From assembly GCA_002633005.1 (NCBI GenBank), contig NMRA01000045.1:71870-135869 (forward strand): DNA of 64,000 bases, written 5' to 3'. The stretch comes from Phoronis australis (Eukaryota > Animalia > Phoronida). The number at the start of each line of letters is the position of its first letter. The first letter of the stretch is position 1. A program made the position numbers and the translations under genes. Below are positions 39,701-51,700 of the stretch, piece after piece. Under the pieces are notes generated by a model. The model searched no databases. It was not told the origin of the DNA and worked only from the letters and a program-made list of their open reading frames with translations.

Positions 39701-42700
39701 ATAATAAGATTTTGACAATATTCAAAACTTTAATTGAAACTTAAAGTCATAATCCAAATATTTTTTTTATTTATTGTGTTGTATTGTCAGGGGGAAGTAC
39801 TGAATTATCATGATGGGAAAAAAATTAGATGGGAGACACTTGTGACCTTATTTTGATTTAATTTGTTTTTAGGGTCTAGCACTATCTATTACTGATGACT
39901 TACCAGACAGTTCAAAATGTCAGAAGTATTACAAGTAACACTCTGGCTTAAATTTCATGTAATCTATAAAATGTTTTAGTGGCATGGAAGACCTGGGTGC
40001 ATTCAAAGCACCGAGCTGACTGGGACCGTGAGAAGGCAGTTGGTTTCCAGCGGTCCCAGGAGTTCAAGGAGACTCGTCTGATATTCTACCGGTGGAGATT
40101 ACAGTCTCAGCAGTCTTTGCTAGCTGCACCACTCAGGAATAAAACACGACGCCGCAATCTCGGCAGGTCAGTATGCATCCATATTTTGGTTGATAGTAAT
40201 TCATGTCAGAATGATGATAATTGATCATCTTTGGTTGCATCATGCATGGAAAACCTCTTGATCTTTTATTTTTATGCGCCCACATATTTATATGTGGACG
40301 CATTATGCTGTCATCTGCGTCCATCCTTCCGGGCGGCATCCGTCTGGCATCCGCTGCTCTATCGCCAAAACTAATTGATGTATGAAATTTTGCACATGTG
40401 TTTCTTTTATAGATGGGACGGTGTGAGCGAACTTTCTGACGGATCCGACTAGCGGTGTGCTCCCTAGTAGCAATTTTAGTTTTTTATGTTTACTTCTGTA
40501 TCTTCAAAGGTCCTTTGCGTATTTTCATAAAATTTGGTATGTAGGCATCTACCAGTGAGAGGATGGTATCCTCTCGTTTTCGGATGGATTCGACGTAGTT
40601 TGTGCCACCTAGTGGCCAATTTTACTATTTTCGTGTCTGTTTTTTGACGTCCACCCCTCTATCAACCAAACGGCTTTAAGCATAATTGTGAAATTTGGCA
40701 TGTGTGTTTTTACTATGAAGAGGACAGTTGACGATGATTTTTCGACGACTTCGACTACTGTGGCACCTCCTAGTGGCAGTTTTTTTGTGCCAATGGCTAT
40801 ATCTCCTAAACCGTTTGCAGCATTTTTACTAAATTTAGTAAGTGCATTTATGTGATGATGACAATGGACGACAACGACTTTCGGACAGATCTGACAACTG
40901 GTGTGCCACGTAGGGCCGATTTTATTTTTTTACGTTTACCTCTGTATCTTCAAAGGTCCTCAACGTATTTTCATAAAATTTGGCGTAGAGGCTTCTGTTA
41001 GTGTGGTGACGCTATATTTCTGTTTTCAAATGAATTCGACCTAGTTTGCGCCACCTAGTGGCCATTTTTACTGTTTTCGAGTCTTTTTTTTTGGCGTCCA
41101 CCACATTATCAACCAAACCGCTTTCACGATAATTGTGAAAATTGGCTTGTATGTTTTAACTATGAAGTGGATGGCTGAGAATGATTTTCCGATGACTTCG
41201 ACTACTGCGGCGCCTCCTAGTGGCAGTTTCTTTTTTTTGTGCCCATGGCTGTATCTCCTAAATCATTTGCAGGATCTTTACTAAATTTAAGAAGTGTGTT
41301 TATATGATGTTGACAACGGACGACAATGATTTTGGGATGGGTCTGACTACTGGTGTGCCCCCTGGTGGCAATTTTAGTTTACGATTACGTCTGTATCTTC
41401 AAAGGTCCTCAACAGATTTTTATAAAATTTTATATACAGGCATCTATTGGTGAGATGACGCTATCCTCCCATTTTCGAGTGGAATCAAGGTACTTTGTGT
41501 CTGCCAGTGGCCTTTTTTGCTGTTTTTGAGTCTGTTTTTTGGCGTCTACCTCTCTATCAACCAAATCATTCTAAGGATGGTTTTGAAAATTGGCGTATAT
41601 GTGCTCAGTGTGAAGAGGACGGTTGATGATGATGACTTTGACTACTCTGGCACCACCTAGTGGTAGTTTTGTTTTGTTTTGCACCCATAGTTGTATCTCC
41701 TAAACCCACTGCAGGATCCTTATTAAATTTAGTAAGTGTATTTTATACGAAGATAACAACAGACAATGACGACTTTCAGGCGGATCCAATGAACACTGTG
41801 CCCCCAGGTGGCAATTTCATTTCATTCTGTTTTCCTTCGTTTCTCTGAAATTTCGTGACGGGATTTCTATGAAATTTGGTGTATCACTTTCTATTAAAGA
41901 CGCAATGACATGTTCCCGTTTTCGGATGGATTGTATGTTTTTGCGACATCTAGTGGCCATTTTTATGACACAAATAAGCAACCCTAAAAGCACACCATTT
42001 GGGATGCATTCGTGGGCGCATTTCAACGCTCCGCGTTGCTTTTGTTTATACATTTATTGCCCAGTCAATGAATATGGAAAGACTAGTCTGAGGTTGGACA
42101 CCTCAGATCTAGCCTGTACGAAACAATAAAACAATAAGTATTCAATAAACAAGGATCAAATGAAATGTAAATAAAATGTAAATTAACAGGAAAAAGGTAT
42201 GGGGGATGGACTTTCATGCACGTTTAATACACACATTCAAGCAGTGCTTAAATGGTGAAAAAGCTATAATTAAGAGGTTGATATGTTATGTAAATATTAA
42301 TGTAGGTATCAAACATATTAGAATATAAAAATAAACTGATACGAAAATTCTTTTCTAGTGCATAACATTGTGTAGCAATAATATGTACTAATTAATATCT
42401 AAATGTCAGTGTACATTAATTCTACTAACTAAAGACTTGCATGCAGACCTCTCCATTTATCCACATTGTGATCCTTTATCATTGTTCATTTATAAGAAAT
42501 CACAGAAATTATGCTTTGCATGATAATTTATATCAACCATTAAATTTTTGCTTTCAACTTTTTTTTATGGTATTCATTTTATTCATAGAAGTTGTTGGTA
42601 GAAAAATTCGTGTGAAAATCTTTTATGATACTTTATAATCAGCCAAAATTGCATGAATACAGTGAACCGAGATGTTTATCTGGAACTTGAAATGGGGACT

Positions 42701-45700
42701 AACTTCAAAATGTGGTCTCATTTATAGCAGTACTTTCATTCCAGTAAATGTCTTAATCTGGAAGTTTGCCAATTAGCATAATCATCAAACTGGAGTTGTC
42801 TAGCTTGCCACGATAGCATCCTGACATTTAGTTGGAATAGAAGTTGACCACTCTGGCCTTATGATTTTGAAGCATTTTTATTCTTAAATGCTCTAGTTCT
42901 GTAAGCAATGTTTTGAGACTGATTTTGTAGGAGCATGTGGCTGACTTTTTGGAGTCAGACTTAAACAGAAAGAAACTTGATGTATTAGTAACAAAAGTAA
43001 TTGCTTTGCAGGGCTTTCGATGCTTGGAGACTTGTTTATCTCAGAAAACACTCAAGTGCTATGAGGCGGCATGAGCTACAACATAACCAACTCAGAGAAC
43101 TCTTCTCAAAGTGGAGGTGCGTTTAATTTTGCTCCTTGTGCTTTCTTGTAACAAGTGGACGAGGCCAAGAAAGCATAGTTGGTTCTATTCTATAGTTGTT
43201 TTGAAAATCAAGTCAATATTTTTGGTTGTTCACTTTTTCAGAAAAAGAAAACCCTGAGGTGAGCAAAAATGTTGCAGATCTGTTATTTAGTCGTGAGCGA
43301 AAGGCTCAAAATGAGTCTAGGTAGAGACCATGACCAACATTGCTTTGTTGGCCTAGTGAGCGTAAGTTTGGAGAGACTAATAGCATAATGTGGTTTTCAA
43401 AAAGGAGTTAAGAAATTTCTTCTGTTCGTTCTCTGGTGATGTGCTCCAGTTGTGATTCGATGCATTTTGCTGTGGTGGATTTCAGGTCAAAAGTGAAGAA
43501 AAATGTTGGCTTAGCGAGGTTGCGGTTTGGGTTGGACCGGAGATTGTTGCAGAATTGTCTGCATGGCTGGCAGCTTGTTGTTAACAGAAGGAAACTCTGT
43601 GACTTGTTCACAGTGAGAAGGCAAAAGAACTTGTCAGAGTACATTTTCAAAACCTGGAGGGAGAAACTGGCTTTAGGGTGGCAACTTAGGCAGCTGTCAT
43701 TGGAACACGAGGTATTTAGTTCTTAGTTCTATCAGTGACTTCTGTGATATTCATGCTTATTGAACAGAGGAAATTAATTTGTAATGCAACCATACTATAC
43801 CGTAGTGTCGAATCTCTCATCGTCCTTAACTTGGTTTGAATCATTCAATTGTGTATACGTATACTTTTAAGAGTTGTAATTCGACCTGTTGAGCATTCAG
43901 TTTGAATGAAATACAACACTTCTATACAACAGTTGGAGAATTCACTTATTGTCTTAGTGCTATATTTATGTCATCCTAAGTGAAAAAACAAGAATTCCTC
44001 ATACATTGAGAGTAACCTGTTTTCGAGGTTGTTTCACGAATTAAACGGTACATGGATATTATGAGAGCCACAGAAGCCCCTGAGTTGAACAAATTTTTTG
44101 TTATTTTTAGGAGCAAGTGTTCTATTTACTGAGGTCCACATTTGTCGCATGGCAAGAGAAAGTTCATCGTACGAAGGTTGAAGAGGATAAGATAGTCAGT
44201 GACATCATTGCTAGTCACCAACAGAGGTCTCTGTCTTATTGGTTCCTACTGTGGAGGTCAAGAGTTGTCATGGAGGTCAAAGCCAGGTTGGTGTTACGGT
44301 TGTGTATTTAGACTATAGTACTCCACCTCTAAAGTTGTTTATTTAGACAAAAGTTGCTCTGCAGCATCGTTATTTTTATTCAAGAATGATTTTCTATATT
44401 TACTAGTAAAATTCTTCAGTTATTACCTTTTGCAATAACGTTTTGGCAACAGTAACTTACAGTGGTCCCGGATTTTGAGAACCAGTTTGATGCCTGTTAT
44501 TCAGTATTAGAAAATTGGTTCTCTGTGAGTGATAATTTCCCAGATTTCAATAGAACTTGCTGCATTTCTACCCGAAGCCCAGGAAATCAGTATGTCACAA
44601 TGTCAGAAGTCTTAGGCTTCAATCCTTGGTTAATTTTTTGATAGAGTTCACGAGTCTTGATCAAGTGTGATCTTATGAAGTCATAAACAGTCAGTGGTAA
44701 ATAATCCGGGCTAAAATCCTAAGAAAATATCTTTTACAGTTTTTTCATCAAGAAAAATTAATACAGATGGGTCTTTGAACTTTCACCTTATTTCAGGCAA
44801 CTATGTGTCGTCTTTGACCGACAACGTCTGCAACGGCTTTTCCACGCGTGGCAGACGTCAACGACTGATGAAGTGTACAACTCTATACGGAGGTTCAACG
44901 AGGCTCTCCAGGCGAGGTCGCCGTCACACCTAGGAGAGTTTATGAACAGTCTTAGTCTGCCCCCCTCACCTGTGCCACTCAGTGCCAGGTCTCAGCTATC
45001 AGGTAACGAGGGTATCATATTTTGTATACGCAGACCGGTGGTTCAAATAAATTAGTGGCACAGAAAGAGTTTTACAATTTCACTGTCTTAGAAACATTAA
45101 TGCTAGTCTTCTTGTTTTCACCATTATGATCCAAGTTTGTGCACAATTATAGAAGGTCACTAGCAGAATATATGAGACAATATAAATTCAAAAAGTTGAA
45201 TGTTGCTTTAAAGGCTTTGGCATTGAAACAGTGAGAAGCCATTTAGAATTTGATATGCAGTGTTAAGAATGCTTAAGGGTACAGAATTGTATTAATAGGG
45301 ATAATTCCATTTTCTTTGGTTAAATTTCACTACGTGAGTATAAAGTAACTAACTTGTTCTCATGTAGCATGCATGCTGCCATGTTTATTTGGATTATTGC
45401 TACTAACAATGTTTTTGTGTGAAATTCTTAGCCTATGCTGTGAAATTATGTAGTTGGTGCATTGGTACTGATTATAGTTCCACTGGTCTCATTTAGTCTG
45501 ATTTTACAATAAATTAATGGAACAAGTGTACAATCTTGAAATCCCAACTTTGTTATTTGTAAGTGATAATGTTGTATCTTCAGGCATGCTCACTAATCGG
45601 GATCTGTCGTTTAATCCCGATACGTTTCTAGATCTCCATGAGGATGATGGGTATTTCAACCAGTACAGTACACCAAGGACGTTGAGACCCAGGTAAATTA

Positions 45701-48700
45701 TTACAGTTGATTCAGTGTACACTACCTGCTAAAGGTGATCGGACAAAAGGCTGTTTACTGAAATGATGGCTGAGTGGCTTTGAATTATACAACCTCTGTT
45801 TGGATCATGGTCCCGTACTTCTTTAAATGAAACACAGTAAGCATTTGTGATGTCACGTTTTTTTCAGAAAAGTGGTAGCAAATGCAAACACATGAGTCAC
45901 ATGTAACAGCTATCCCGCTGTGGGTTCAGTTTGTATAAGTAGCACTGATGCCAGGTGAGGCTCACTCATCTCGGGAGAAAACTGGACACTGGCAGAAATG
46001 GCTAGAAATGACTGGTCACTGCGGCAAAATTCTAATGTTTGAATAACATTTTCATCTTCTTGTTTTCTTTCTGTGAAGTGCCCGTCGTTCCCGCTCATGG
46101 TAGTCAGTTAATGTGTCTTAATGCGTATGCTTTTTCCAGGATCGTTATACGTTCACCAGCGACATGCTTTTCTGAAGTTGAAACTTGAGTGTATTCCATC
46201 TATTAATTATAAGAATCATTATTTATGTGTGGTAATCGTGGTTGCATTGTGTGATTGCATTGTAGGCTTGAAAGACGAGACTCTGAGACCACGGTTGGAA
46301 CTAGTGTATGTAGCCTGAACCTGGACAGTTTAGAATCGTCGGGTAACTTCCACGCTGTTCAGACACCTCTGACACCTTTTGGGATCCAAGGAAATGATCT
46401 TCAAGTATGTGGTAGTCTCCCTAATAGATAGTGCCAATTGGCAGTAATGGCGACACTTGCTATATCATTATGATGGTGCCAATTGGCAGTAATGGGGACA
46501 CTTGCTATATCATTATGATGGTGCCAATTGGCAGTAATGGGGACACTTGCTATATCATTATGATGGTGCCAATTGGCAGTAATGGGGACACTTGCTATAT
46601 CATTATGATGGTGTGTCGGAATCTTGTGTTATTTAATGGTTCAAAGCAATCACCTTTTGCCTGTAATCTTCTGTTTTCAAGCCAATGCATATCAATTCAC
46701 TTAATGAAATCAATGGTGAAGCATTTAGTCTTGTACAAAAGGCCAGGATTTAGTTTCTGCGCCCCCTATGGAAGACTTTAAGAATTAGTTGAGTGCCTCA
46801 TCTGCTTCTTTCTGTATATTGAACACAATTTCACCTTATTCCAGTTTCACCTTATTCCAATTTCACCTTATTCCAATTTCACTGAAGACCATTATTCTAG
46901 TTCATACTCAAAGGATGCTTTACCTCAGTCTTTAGTAGTTCCCTGTTATTTCTTTACCCGTCAGTACACCAGCATGAGGAAACTTACAAATCCCATGAAA
47001 GTTCTTTGTGTCCCAAAGACTACTCTTTCCTTTCTGTTCACAGAGGATCAAATTTAGTAGCGTTGCCATTGCTGCCTTAAACAATTATTGATAACAGTTT
47101 TCAGTTGACTGGTGTGTTGCCAACAAACAAGGACATTCTTTGATCTCCATTGTAGGATCTTGCAATGTATGCCATATGTAGGTGGCGCCACTGGCCTGTT
47201 AGTGCAGCTTTCCATCAATGGAGGGAGTTCACGTGGAGACAAAGGAACATGAAGTTTGCTAGTGACTGTGTGCAGGAGATGACCCAAGTGTTGTCTAAAA
47301 GGCGCTCGTTTATGAAGTGGTTGAAACAGTACAGGGATGCTGAAATAGCTACACAATTCCAAGTTAGACATCATTATTTGTATACTGGTTTAGGGGAGCT
47401 TAGTGTTTACACTAGTTTAAGATGGCTGAATATTTGTGACAGCTTTCCTTGATATATTTTGGAAAAGGGAATATTATTTCATTGGTATTTGAAAGGTGAC
47501 TTGTTTAAGTTCATACCCTGAGATAGCATGTGTTGTATGCAATAATTTTGACAATAAATTGAATAATATGATTTGTGTTCATTTATCTGGTCATTGTGGA
47601 CAATGTTAAGCATGGTTGTTATTGTGACCTGTTCTAAAAACATGTTTGACCAACATATGGCTTGTATGAAGACTAATAATTCTTACTCGTGCCATATTTG
47701 AACATTTACTGTTAAAAATTCACTTTTCACGTGTTGACTTCGTTGTTTCAGTGTAAATCCCTCCTGAGTAACAGCTTAAAGTTGTGGTTGGCCTTTGTCT
47801 ATCAGGAGAAGCAGTTCAGGTGTGCCAAACAGATAGCAGCTCAGCACCACCAGTCTACTGTGCAGAGCCAAACATTCTATAGATGGAAGCTGAAGGTATT
47901 TGTTTTAGATCACCACCAGGACAAACTTAGTTTTTTTTAGAATTCGGAAGCACTGGGGGGTAGTATGGCCTTGTAGTAGAGTGTACTACTCTCAGTCAAA
48001 AGGTTTGTTGACTGTACGTGAAAAAGCTGGTTGTTTATTTTCAGTAGTAGACCAATGCAGTTTGTTGCATGCAGATTTTGATTCAAAACGCTTTAATCAG
48101 TGACTGACTTTAATCAAAACTTAGTTCATGTAATTTTAAGGGATATTTTCAAGTTTTCAAGAGACGTGACAAACTTAGTGGACAAATAATGGACGGAATC
48201 TTAAGAAAAGTTGTAGTAAATCATAGAATCAACAAGATTTTTGAACTTTCTTAACATCTAAACTTTATCTATCCAGGGAAATTTAATGATATTATATGTT
48301 TGGCGGGGTTGTTGTAACTAGGAAATGTAAAATGAGCAGTCTTAGACTAGTGTCTGCACATAAACCTGCTGTTGTTCAAAAGATGCGAGAATGATGGTTG
48401 ATTGTCTGTCATTCTCGCTGTTATGTGTGTCTCTCCAGATTGCTGAAAGACGCCGATTGGAGGAACTCCACGGAGTTTGGTACGACCTTCCAGTCGAACG
48501 TTACTACCTCCGTGACGTGTGCGAGAGGTTTCAGGAGGGTATTTCTTGTGTAACCACGGCCAACTGTTGGGCTCTGTGGCGAATGAAACTGACCCAGTTG
48601 AGGGAAGCCCGGTTATACAGGGATGGAAAGATGAAAGCCAGGTTGGTTCAGTCTGTTTTGGTGTTCAGTAACTCTTTCAGTGTCTGGTAATTCACTATTG

Positions 48701-51700
48701 TGTATCACGTATGATAAAAGGTTGTATGGCAATTTTTAATTTGTCAAATTTCTCAACGTTACAAGTATAACAGAAACGATTGCACTGCGCAGTTGCTGTA
48801 AAACAACACCTGGTAATTTTTTATTATTTGTGCCACGGAAATTGTTTTTTGTAAAATAGAATAAAGACAGTATTAGCAAGAATTAACCATAAAATCATAT
48901 CTGGTACATGTGTTCAGACAACAGTTTTTCAAAATGTCATAGCTAACGGAATAGATGTGTTCTTGGATTTTTTTATATTCTAATCCTGAAACAGATTAGT
49001 ATCGATTATTGTTGACTCTGAATTACGTTGACTCTTGTACTGTCACTGTAAGGCAAGAGTTTCAAAGATTTTGATTTGTTTCTGACAGGATTTTCAGCTG
49101 TTGGAAGAACTATTGTCAAGCAAGATCTGAATCAAGCAAGTTGTCTATGCAGTTTAGGTGTTCAAAGCTCCAGGGAAGGGTATGTATTAGGCATTTCAAC
49201 TTTAATGAATGTTCATGTTATGCTTTTTTGTGAATGTCTCCTGGAAGATCTGGGATAAAATGTGGACATCTGCAGGAAATGATGAAATCTTGTAGACAAC
49301 ATGTGGATTTTGACATTCTGTTTATGAACCATTTAACTGTAAAGCATAATAAGCCAAATGGTGTAGTCGTGTATAAAAGTTTGTTTTTAGTGATAAGTGT
49401 AAGTATTGGGAAGAGCTTCAACAATTTTTTGAGACCAGGAGTTACTTGTGTTATGTGAGTTTTGCACCCACCGCAATAAGATTGACCTTGTTATCACTGC
49501 TCATTTCCCATTCAACTATGAGAATCACTTGATCCTGATGATGAGTGTTGTATGTGCAGTAAGTTAATTGGCTGAAACATAACCGATTGATACCCGTTTC
49601 TGACCAGATGGTGTTCAGCCTCTGTGCAGCACTGTCTTGAGTAAACTGATTTGTGACTTGAGTAAAATTGAATATTATTCTCTGGTAACTTTTTCGTATT
49701 TCCAGTAGCTGAACTGGCTTTAATTATTACCAAGGATAGTACCTTTCATTCCAGTTGATCTTGAAAAATTATCATGTTTTGGTATGTATAAATTACTTGA
49801 AAAGTGAAACATTCATGGTTATTTTTTTAAATTATGAATTATTTCAGTTCTTTTTTGAGTGGAAACATCGACAGCAAAGACAAGAAGAAGCTGACATGAG
49901 GTTTGTGTTGTCATGGCGACGGTACATGGTCGACATTCTTAAAAGATGGAAGACTTGGGCATTTGGTAAGTTGCTTACAAACTGAAGGTAAAATTCAAGG
50001 ACGAGTACTTGGATGCTCATACCTGGAATGCTGTAGTGTTTCATTCTATACAACTATATTTGTGATTTTTGTGAAGTTTCCATACTAAACTTAAAGCCAT
50101 GCCACGTACCTTCTTTAAAGTAGAAAATCTTAAGAGATTTTGTACTGTGACTAATTAACACATCTTATATTGACATAGTTACACCATGGGTTGAGTGGAA
50201 GTCATTGGTTGCTTTAGATGCAAATTTATACTGCACCCCTGACCAGTGATTCAATCTAATTTGAAGTGGAATTTTTATGTGTTTCGTATACTTACACCTT
50301 GCTTCAAGGTGTGGTCCTGGACTTTAGCCGTCTTTTTTAGTGTCAACATTTACAAAACTTGATATGCCATGGTTAACCCATTTCACCCACTTATACAAGC
50401 CTCATGACCTCTAGAGGCAGACACTAGATTCGCTTCTGATCTCATTCTCAGACAAAGGATCATGACAGTATCAAAATTCACTAACACAAAACAAAATCTG
50501 AAGTAACTAATAAATACACTTCTTGACATACTCACCATCATGTAGTAGTTGCGTACAGAGACAACTAGGCCCTATACACTCTTTAGTAGTAGTTGCGTAC
50601 AGAGACAACTAGGCCCTATACACTCTTTAGTAGTAGTTGCGTACAGAGACAACTAGACCCTATACACTCTTTAGCTTCCTCTCTTTGCTTGTGTTGCCTG
50701 TCTTAGAATGATGTCATCGCACAGTATAAGTATCATAGAAAGCATGGCTAGTCAACTGTAGCGTTGATCCGAAAGTGTTTGTCTTTGTGTGATACAACTG
50801 TCCGTCGTAATTGCGTAATATTGAACTCTGGAAGTATTTGTAGATGCTAGAACTCTTCAGAATAAGCTCTTCCTTTGCTCAATAGTATTTTTTTGTCCTA
50901 GAAGTGGTTTTCTTTTCAATTATGCTGTGTCGAAGGTCATACTTTTAAATTAAAAATCTAAATCTTATCTTTAGTATACATTATTTTTACACTAATTATG
51001 TCTTTACAGAGCATCGGCGAGAGACAGAAATCAGTTGCCACCTTGAGAGAGTACAGTCAAGGTCACTGTTGGCTTTCACGTTTTACTCTTGGAGAGAGCA
51101 ACATAGGAAACAGCAGCTGGCTAAGAATGTGGCGTCATCATCATTGGTGATGAGGTAACTTTAATTCAGTGGTTTTTCATAATTTGCTGCACACTTGTAT
51201 TGAATGTTCATTGAGCGTGGATTATGGTATAAAGGCACCGCCTGGTCAAAATTCCTGTAATCTCATTGTCTGTAATAAGTCATGTGTAACACACATGGGA
51301 CATGCGGTCACTTTTTACTAATGAGCTTTTCGTAGTTAATAAATCTTGTTGTGGCATATGGAAATAACAGGTTTGCTTGTGTGATTAAATTCACATCTAA
51401 TGCAAAATTAATTGAATGTGTTATCTCATTTCACCTGTATTGTTTGTTGGTATGTCTCTAATGCTAGCCACCCTTGCGGTGCACCCACTTAAACAAGGCA
51501 GAGGCTGCATGGCACAGCTTGATCTGGACACAGTGCTGACCTCGATCACACTCCTCTAGCTGTAGCCTGTTTCATGTGATCGTCTGGCTTGTGGCATGGC
51601 TAGCTTTACTCTAAAAAAAGCAATATTGACAGTATGCACAAGCGCATACCCTGCGATATGTGATCGATTGTACACACACAGTTGCAAACACGCATAAAGA

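Noticed and set aside
46431-46781. ORF with repeated PIGSNGDTCYIIMMV, and CRISPR-like appearance of the 45/44/38-bp repeats
   Set aside because: Head-to-tail minisatellites with no unique spacers in eukaryotic DNA; no cas genes.
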